DNA from: Paraspadella gotoi | Lineage: Eukaryota > Animalia > Chaetognatha | Direction of reading: 5' to 3' | NCBI GenBank assembly: GCA_051294375.1 | Contig: CM119270.1 | Location: 10,436,766-10,500,765, forward strand | DNA: 64,000 nucleotides | Shown: positions 54,892 through 64,000 of the stretch, piece by piece | How positions within the stretch are numbered: the stretch's first letter is position 1 | Layout: every line of letters begins with the position of its first letter | Notes under the pieces: generated by a model | What the model saw: only the letters and a program-made list of their open reading frames with translations | The model's database searches: none | Told to the model about the DNA's origin: nothing | Position numbers and translations under genes: made by a program

Positions 54892-55051
54892 AGAGAAAGA
54901 GAAGAGAGAGAGAGAGAGGAGAGAGGTGGGGAGAGTGAACACCGAAATGGAGGAAAAGAAAGACACAGGGAAAAAACAGGATAAAAACGGGATAAAATTA
55001 AAAAAGCGGTAATGGCGAACTGAAGCGGACGAGAATATGAAAATTAATTTT

Positions 55052-55095
<44 letters not shown>

Positions 55096-55263
55096 TCGCT
55101 CTCACACTCTCGCTCTCTCTCCGCGGGCTCCTTTACTCTGCTTACTCAGTCATTACTCGGCCTGCGTTGCGCATCTGGCAAAAGACATCAAAACCATTTT
55201 ATTTCTCACGATTTCTTTTTTTAAAATTTATTTCTCTTTTTTTCGCCATCTTTCTTTATCCTT

Positions 55264-55317
<54 letters not shown>

Positions 55318-55678
55318 TCTCTCTCTCTCTTCTCTTCTCTCTCTCTCTCTGTCTTTTTAATGCTTTCTTTTTATCCCATCATCCCTTTCGAGGAAAAATT
55401 GAAGCTTTGGCTTCTTGATGATGATGATGACGACGGAAGGTGGAAGAGTTAAGAGAATATCGCTGCTCTTTTGTTTCTTGTAAAAAAAAATGGTTGGGGG
55501 ACGAAATTAAAAAATAATTCCGACTTTTCAAATATTTAAAAAAAAATAACTGATATATATATATTTTTTCCTTTTAAATTTATGACAAATCTTTCTTCAT
55601 TTTAGTTTCTTCCCTTCATTTTCTTTCCTACGTTCCGTCTCAGTTTTTCTGGTCCCGAGGCAGATTGCTTCCTGGCAT

Positions 55679-55711
<33 letters not shown>

Positions 55712-55714
55712 CTC

Positions 55715-55772
<58 letters not shown>

Positions 55773-56621
55773 CCGAAAAGCACTTTTTTTTTGCAATTTC
55801 CCTTCGCAGCCTGCGATCTAATTGCAAAACGGTAATTGCCTCCGCAATGAGTCTATCGGACCCTCGTCTTGCCAACCGGCCCCTTACCTACTTCCCCGCT
55901 CCCACGAACTTTCTCACCCCAACTCAGTTCTTCCCGCGGTTTGCTGCGGTTCCAATTAAACTTACCTCGCGACGACTCACCCTCATCTATTTCATGTCTC
56001 TTCGCCTTAATATACTAATTTCAAACTAGTTTAAAATTTGCATCAATCCTCTATTTGCTCTTCTGTCCTATTCCACCCCTCCCCTTTCCTCATTCCACTC
56101 CATCTCTGTTTCACTCCTCCTTTGTCCCTCTCCCTCTCTCCATCCACAACTCCTCTCCACTTTCTTTGGCTCCTCTCTAAGGTTTTCTTGCATATTCAAC
56201 CGCGAATCCAATTCTAAGGAATACCTAAATTATTTCGCGGCGATGAACTTTTTTTTTCCTCATTTCCCTATTTTTCTTTGTTTTGTGTTTTTCTTTTTTG
56301 TTTCTTTTTTTTTTATCTTTGGTGTTTTTTGCTTCTTCTTTTCTTCTGTTTCTCTTTTGCTTCTTTTCGCCTTTTCGTTTTCTCTTGTTCACTACATTTT
56401 GTTTTCTTTGTCATTTGGTTTTTTCCCCTCCGAAGTATCTGCTTAACTTATTTCTTAAAAAAAATGTTAACAAATCCCTAAATGAATGAGAGTCAATATA
56501 ATCGAGTATAAATGTAAACGAGAAACGAAGAAAAGAGAAGTGAGTACGAGAGCGATGAAGAGTCAACAGAGATAATTTTTCTCTCCCTCTCCTCACTTTC
56601 TCCTGAATTTTGAATTTTCTT

Positions 56622-56709
<88 letters not shown>

Positions 56710-57524
56710 ATTTTTTTCTTGTCTCCCTCTCCTTTTTCCATTAGCTAATGAGAAGGAAAAATGAAGGAAACTAGAAATTCAGTCTCCTGGATGAAGCGAC
56801 GACGACGTCGACGACGATAACGATAACGACGACGACAACAACAACAACGACGTCTGCGATTCCGTCATTAAATACAACATGGATTCGCAGCTTTAAGAGT
56901 CACGTGACGACAATTTCCGCGATATCGAACTCAAAAAAAGAGGAATGATATTTAATCAAAGAGAAGTGCAGTATTTGTAATTAATTTTTCGTTTCAATGC
57001 GAAAAAAAATCAATCTTTTTTACTATTTATTATTCCATTTTTTAATTATAATTTTCATTATTTTTCATTTAGTTTTTAATATATATATATATTTAATTTT
57101 TCAATCATCAACCTCCACGTTGAGAATAAAATTTACAGCAACAACTACCAAAACGACGACAACGACAACGACAACGACAACGATGAAGAGGCCGAAATTA
57201 AAGACGAAATTTCAGAGGCAATTTGCGCCGTCGACAAGAAAACCCTTTTCACCTTAAAAATAAAAGAAAAGAAAAAAAGGGAAAAAAACTGAAAGGGAAT
57301 TTCGTCGTTGACATCTGCTTGATCTTTCAAACGCGCGGCCGCACCTGATCACTGCATCTCCGTTAAGCAAAGGCATCACGGCATCTGCAAAGTGAGATTT
57401 TCGACGCCCGAATCTTTATCCTAGATCCGGTTTAGTTAGAATCCGTTTCATTTTCTCTTTGCTTCCTGCGTTGATGGTTGAAAATGTTTCTTTTTTCTGA
57501 AATGGCTTTCTTCTCTTTTTTCTC

Positions 57525-57724
57525 GTACAATGTAGTTTATCTTTGCTTTTATTTCTTGATGCTATACAATTTTTCTCTCTTTATCTTTGCTTTTATTTGT
57601 TGATTCTATACAATTTTTCTCTCTTTATCTTTGCTTTTATTTGTTGATCCTATACAATTTTTCTCTCTTTATCTTTGCTTTTATTTGTTGATCCTATACA
57701 ATTTTTCTCTCTTTATCTTTGCTT
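57525..57724. repeat. 44-bp tandem repeat, ~4.5 copies
   Basis: tatacaatttttctctctttatctttgcttttatttgttgat(t/c)c at 57563, 57607, 57651 and 57695. Confidence 0.95.
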
Positions 57725-58676
57725 CTAACCTAAATAACAACGTTACACTACAGGTTATCTACTAACTCACATGGCTATCAGTTGCATGCTATAAACTTTC
57801 TCATGCAACTTAGTTGCACCTGCCTTGAATCTCCGCGCTACAGAACGTGATTATAAAGAGAAATAACTAAATTCGTTGTTTTACCATTAATTTGTTTATT
57901 CTTTTTTTTTTAGAATCAATACTTAATATTGCTTTCACGATGTATAAAAAGTAGAAAAAGGCGTTGATGTAACAATTCGGAAGTTTCATTGACGACGACG
58001 ACGACGACGACGACCATGACGACGACGACGACGACTGCTCGACGAAAAAAAATGAACAAAAGTTGTGACGACGACGACGACGACGACGACGAAAATGTTT
58101 CTCGTCAAATTAGCGGATCGAATTTCGAGAAAACAAAAGCGCAACTTAAGAGAACTCCAATTTAAAAAAAAATGTGGAGAGGGGAACGAAAAAAAAAAAA
58201 TAACCACACAACGAAAGTAAATTTAACAACAGTACTACTAAAAATTTTAACCATACTCACTCACCAATATAATATTTTTACTGTATTTTTTGTTTTCAGT
58301 AATTTTTTATTCTTTTAGCGTTTTACCGTCCTTTTTTGAATCATTACTGTTTTTGTTTTGTTTATGTTTTTTTTTAATTAAAAAATCTAATTACGACTAC
58401 GTTTAATGGGCAATTGACTAAATATAGTTGATTGCTAAATTGAATCGAATTCAAATTTGTAAATTTAATGATTTCAATTTTAAAAGATTATCGTCTCTAC
58501 TGATTACATTTTTTATTTAGGACAAAACAATCGGCTAATACATTTCCTATTGTGCAGACAGGATTCCTTCCAGAATTAATTTTCCGACTCTTTCTTACAA
58601 GGAAAAACGTCAATTCACCTCTTCGGTTATCGGATACAAATAAAAAAAAGCTTTCGCTTCAGAGTTAGTGTGTGCA

Positions 58677-58813
<137 letters not shown>

Positions 58814-59589
58814 GTCCTATGGGAGGCGTCCTAATTGAAATTGATTACACGTTGCCAAATGGTAGGATAATGACGGAAGCGCAGAAACTGAAAGCGCAGA
58901 GAGAGAAGCTTCGTTTATGTAAAGAGGGACAATGACGCCAAAGGACAAACGTTTTGAGAGATACGGACCTTTAATTTTTTTTAGTTAAAATTGGCGAGTT
59001 TGGAGGAATATCTTATAAAAAAAAGAAATTTACGGAGAGAAGAAACCCTATTTTTAGGTTATTGATATAAAAAAGACAATAGACAAAAGACAAAAGACGT
59101 TTTCCAATTTTGTTTTTACTGTTTTTGCTGTTAAGAAATATAGATCACAGATATTTGTTAAACCTCTCAGAGTTTTTGTGATTTCAGTGATTTAATAAGA
59201 ACTTGTCACTTTTACAATAACGTGATGAGATGAAAATAAAAATAAACTTCCATCAGTCTAAAAATAATCTGTTATTAACAAGTAATTCTAAAAATTTAGA
59301 ATCAATAAAATTTAATTTTTTTATTCTCCCTCGATTGCCCCAATTTGCTCGTCGACGGGATCTTCCATGCCCTTCTTTCAACTCCCCTCTCTTCCATTTC
59401 CCCCAGCGACCGATTCCATCCCTTGATTCCATCGCCCGACTTCCGCCGACGTCGTCTTCCTCTTTGAGAAGGAAGCGTCGCTTGGCTCTCACGGAAGACG
59501 TTGAGAGGAGTAGGCGGAAGAGGAGGAAGAGGAAGAAGAAGAGGAGGAAGAACAAAATGTCAGAGACAGCGAGACCGAGTGGGTGAGCG

Positions 59590-59687
<98 letters not shown>

Positions 59688-59940
59688 ACGTGGTTTCCTC
59701 CCTTTTCTCTCAGTCCGTTCCTCCCTTTTTTTCCGGTTCCTCTTCTGCCTTTTCCTTTTCGTCCGCCTCCGCTTCCTCCTCGTCTTTGGTCTTCCTCCAT
59801 CCTCCTCTTCCTCCTCCTCCTCTTTTTTCTTCCTCCTCGTTCTTAATCTCACCATGACGTCACTCAATGGGTTTTTGCTCGGACGACGTTGCCATGGCAT
59901 TTCCGTGATGGCAAGCTGACGCGCGCAAAGGATTTCTCGG

Positions 59941-60004
<64 letters not shown>

Positions 60005-60379
60005 TTCTCTTTCTCTTTCTGAGATGAGACAGTCTTTTTTGCTTTTGTTGTATAATTAGTGTACGAGTATTTAATAGAAAAAAAAATAGTTTTCACAATC
60101 CAAAATATTGCACTAGTCTAATCTTCTGTTTTTACCAAGAATAAGGAGTCGGTTCATCGAACGTGTCCTGCCCTCGGCCGTCAACACTAGGAAACAAAAG
60201 GACAGTTTAATTTTATGGGTCCGCATTGAATTGAAGACCGCGACAAAGAGATTATTGGCTGAGGAACTTTAGAATTTAGAAATAATTCAGTATATAAGGA
60301 ATATTTTAAATTGGTAAACATACAATACTGAAACAATTATTAAAAAAGCGACAGATCTTTATATCTATTTTTTTAATTC

Positions 60380-60381
60380 AT

Positions 60382-60476
<95 letters not shown>
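60380..60476. repeat. (ATTT)n microsatellite
   Basis: Perfect tetranucleotide run. Confidence 0.95.
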
Positions 60477-62854
60477 CAACACAATATAATACTTTTTTAT
60501 TAAAACTTTCGAATTTTAAAGTTAAATTTTGCAATATCTCCTCTCTTAGGACGAAGTCGATTGAAATCCAATTACAATCTGACTTGTCCGCGTTTTATGG
60601 GTCAGTGACAGGACTCGGCGTTGGAATCACAGTGACTGAGGTTTATCTTTATCCGGTTACTTTTATCATTTCTCTCTCTCTCTCTGTTCAATGTGACGCG
60701 ACTCACCAATCATTTTTTCGAACCAGAGTTCGCAACCTCACCCTTTTATCTCGTCCTTACCTTCCCCATCTCTCACCCAATATTCCCCATTTCCTTTGAT
60801 TCATTCCCCAACCGCCCCCTCAACAATCCTTCACAAGTCGCGCAAATCGTAGGGAATGGCGGTCAGAACGATGGCGGTCGCTCCACTGGCGTCTGGCGCC
60901 TGCTTGACCCGGTACTTTGATGTGATGGAATGCTGCTGGATGACTTACCTTCATTTCGTTTGCGGAAACCTTTTTGGCAGCGTCTCAATCGAATCTCCTC
61001 TCATTGCCGTAGCTCACTCTATCGACTTTCCTTGACAATTCACGATTTTTCTCTTTTTGTTTTGCCTTCTTCCGCGCCCTCTGTCGGTCACACATTAATT
61101 CTTTACCACACCACCCACGCCCCCCTACCGCGAACTCCGACGCATCTCCTCCGACAGAATGCAACGTCCCGCATCCTCCCTCGGCCGGAAAACCGGCGCG
61201 CCACCCGGCCGGCACCCGCCCGCTGGACGCTGCATCTGGCATGACTTAGACAAAACCATCAGTCTTCATCAGAAAAAGATTTTGTGACCAGCGTGAAGTT
61301 TTTTTCCACTTCTTTTCCTTTTCTCTTTCTTTTCAGTGGCTTCTCTTCCTTTTCTATTTTTTTTCTCTCTTTTGTTGGTTTCAAAGTTTTTCCCTTTGAA
61401 TTCCTTACACTTTATCAGTTTATGTTTCTTTCTACTTTCTTCATATATCTTTTTTTTTTCTTCCCTTTCTTTCTTACTTTTTCAACAGCGACTTTCGGAT
61501 CGGAGTTCCGCAGAAACTGCCTAACGTTTCTCCCTAAATTATCCTCCTAAAATCACAGTATAGATTTCAGGACTCAAGGAATGAACAAAACGAGATTTTA
61601 TCCCCTCTCTCTCTTCGCCCATCCCGTACGGACGTCGGCCAACCTTTCTTTTCTGTTATTTCCTTCGTGATCTGATTTTCGCGCGAGACATTCGCCGAAG
61701 TTCACCGGAGACTCCGTCGAAATTTACTCAAGATAAACAAAGATTTTGGTGGGTAAGAATTAATGCTTTCAAAAAGTTGCCAACTGGTTTCAGTGTCATG
61801 GCAGAGATTGAACCCGTTGTTGCCCTTTTTTAAACCTTTCCAAGGTTTTAGCTTGGAGTGGCCTCGTCCTCGACTCCGAACCGGAAATGAGGCTGCGTTT
61901 CGTATTCGTCATTTTTGTCTTTCGATTCTTGGAATCTTCAATCGCGCAGGATCCACCAGACAAATGCAAACTCGGTAATAGAGGCTGAGGATTGGAACAT
62001 ATATATCAAAAGCGACCCGTTTTGGCTTAAATTCTTAATTAAATGAGTTTTTTGGTTTAACGATGAGGCTAAAAGTTAGGAATTATGTTAGCGATTATGT
62101 TAGGGAATTAAGGTTAGAGATTACTCCTAGGGGATAGGCTTAGGTTAGGAATTACTATTAGAGATTTGAATTAAAAATTTATTAAAACTTTAGGGTAAGT
62201 GATAAAGAGATTTTTTCCCTTTGATTATGTTGCCGGTAAAAGAGTTTACTCCTTCACAGACACGGATTGTAAAGACTATTTTCGGTGCTGCGTCGGACCG
62301 AACGGTGAGCCTATCAACAGTGTGTTGTTGTTGGAGTATAACAAAATAAAATTAATTATATCTTCGTGTTAATAAACGAGGAAATCAATTACTTTTACTT
62401 GTTTACATATTTGTCGTTTCTTTCTGAAATAAAAATATTTGATGTTAAAATATCGTAAGGTGGACGTAAGGTTAAAATGGATGCGACAGAGCCGAGATTC
62501 GAGATGGCACGGCGACACGGCGCCGCGACGCTGAGTCTTTATTAAAAACACTTAGTTTCGCCGATGAAAACACTTTGTTTTGCCGTGGTTAGCTCAGTTT
62601 TTATTTCTCAGTAGTGTTTTTTTTCTAGCGAGCTTTTCTATGAAAATTTGCAAATTACTTGTTTCACTATTTTCTATTTTTATATTTTATGAAGGATTTA
62701 GTATTTAATCTTATTATTTAATCTTTTTAAGAATTCTTTTATCCCCGGGGTCGTGATTTAACTAGCTTTGCTAATTTAGCATTGTACCTGAAACAAATAG
62801 AGAGAAAAGTACATTAGTACACTTAATTTTATTATTAACTACTTTTAAATGACA

Positions 62855-63174
62855 GTTCTCTATACTCCATCACACAGTAACTGCTGTAGTGTGAGCCTTC
62901 ATCATGATAGAGTGCTGAAATTTTTATTGCATCATCCTTAGAAGGTAGGGCAACTAATAAGATCTTTTGGACGTGGATTGGCTCACTAGGATTCAGTCAA
63001 TTAACGAAAATGTGCCCAAGGTGTGCTTTTTTAACCTTTAGGCGAGGGTAGCACTAAGGGTGTTGCACCAATTTTGAAAAAAAGTAGTACAATCTTATTT
63101 TTTTACCTCCCAACATATTTTCCTAGATGTGAATTAATATCTGAAAACTTTTCAAATTTGGGTGAAACACCCTA
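62855..63174. mobile_element. Solo TIR of the 48196-52473 transposon family (right-end orientation)
   Basis: gttctctatactccatcacacagtaactg...ttcaaatttgggtgaaacacccta is highly similar to 52167-52473 and to the reverse complement of 48196-48515. Confidence 0.9.
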
Positions 63175-63213
63175 GCGCTCCAGGCCTTTCCCGTCAGGCG
63201 CTCCAGGCCAAGG

Positions 63214-63355
63214 ACCCTTTATTTTTCTGACTATTGTCAGAGTTTTTAACCACCTTTTTATTTTTCTGACTATTGTCAAATTTTTTAACCACCTTCTCAT
63301 TTTTCTGACTATTGTCAGAGTTTCTAACCACCTTTTTATTTTTCTGACTATTGTA
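63214..63355. repeat. 39-bp tandem repeat, ~3.6 copies, with internal hairpin tctgac-tatt-gtcaga
   Basis: atttttctgac at 63221, 63260, 63299 and 63338. Confidence 0.95.
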
Positions 63356-63417
63356 AGATGGAGTCTAGCTTTCAAGGAGGGACGTATGTGACTCCCCTGA
63401 TGCTCTGAACGCTCTTG

Positions 63418-63447
63418 CTTTTATAGCCCTCAATTTGGTCACGTGAC
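63418..63447 (-). promoter_or_regulatory. Putative Pol II core promoter: GTCACGTGAC E-box plus CTATAAAAG TATA box
   Basis: The minus strand reads gtcacgtgac-caaattgaggg-ctataaaag. Confidence 0.35.
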
Positions 63448-63459
63448 TAGATGAAGATC

Positions 63460-64000
63460 TTGCTTTCTTATATTTTGCTTTCTTAAAGAGCCAAAATTTT
63501 GCTTTCTAATTTGTTAAAATTATGCCCAAATAAGGAAATATTTAGCTTTTCCCAAAGCTAACATGCCTCTAAAATGCCCAAATAAGGTAATAGCTAGCTT
63601 TTCCAAAAGCTAACACCCTTTAAAAATGCCCAAATAAGGTAATATCTAGCTTTTCCCAAAGCTAACACGCTTTTAAAATACCCAAATAAGGTAATGTATA
63701 GCTTTTCCCAAAGCTAACACGCCTTTAAAATGCCCAAATAAGGAAATGTCTAGCTTTTCCATAAGCTAACACGCTTTTAAATTGCCCAAATAAGGAAATG
63801 TTTAGCTTTCCCTAAAGCTATATTTTGCTTTCCCAAAAGCTAACTTTTTGCTTTGAAGATACCCAAATAAAATGTTTAGCTCTCCCTAAAGCTAGATTTT
63901 GCTTTCCCAAAAGCTAATTTTGCTTTTCCAAAAGCTACTGTTGTTTTTAAAATTTCCTAATAAGGTCAATTTTGGCTTATTTAAAAGCTAATATGCGCAA
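63460..64000. repeat. 52-bp tandem array (~6 units) with ~20-bp sub-repeats, running off the window
   Basis: t(g/a)cccaaataagg at 63523, 63575, 63627, 63679, 63731 and 63783; each unit has a tagcttt..aaagcta-type dyad. Confidence 0.95.

Noticed and set aside
60107-60120. tattgcactagtc, similar to the 5' part of miR-92
   Set aside because: The match stops after ~13 nt and there is no precursor hairpin.
62075-62165. TTAGG-like words suggesting interstitial telomere
   Set aside because: At most two contiguous units within a degenerate ~13-bp repeat.
63172-63375. Repetitive ORF LTIVRKIKRWLxx; CRISPR-like look of the 39- and 52-bp arrays
   Set aside because: Units are simple tandem copies without unique spacers, there are no cas genes, and the context is eukaryotic.

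Overview
Eukaryotic, probably invertebrate, draft-assembly scaffold with about 17 N gaps and some indel-rich segments that look like unpolished long reads. It is AT-rich, non-coding DNA packed with (GA)n/(CT)n and (ACG)n microsatellites. No intact host protein-coding gene can be supported, and almost all listed ORFs are translations of repeats or gaps. The recognisable content is mobile DNA: (1) a ~210-bp Penelope-like insertion carrying a complete type-I hammerhead ribozyme, an inverted tail and a 12-bp target-site duplication (11495-11729); (2) several pieces of a DINE-1-like non-autonomous Helentron (HINE) family; (3) a 4.3-kb TAG...CTA DNA transposon with ~320-bp TIRs and a 9-bp TSD (48196-52473, hATm/MULE-like), with apparent exon/intron cargo inside and a solo TIR 10 kb away; (4) a frameshifted Gypsy-type gag fragment; (5) a possible tRNA-derived SINE head; (6) 16-, 39-, 44-, 52- and 147-bp tandem arrays. 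Two large noisy inverted repeats and one gap-spanning direct duplication are most likely read or assembly artefacts.
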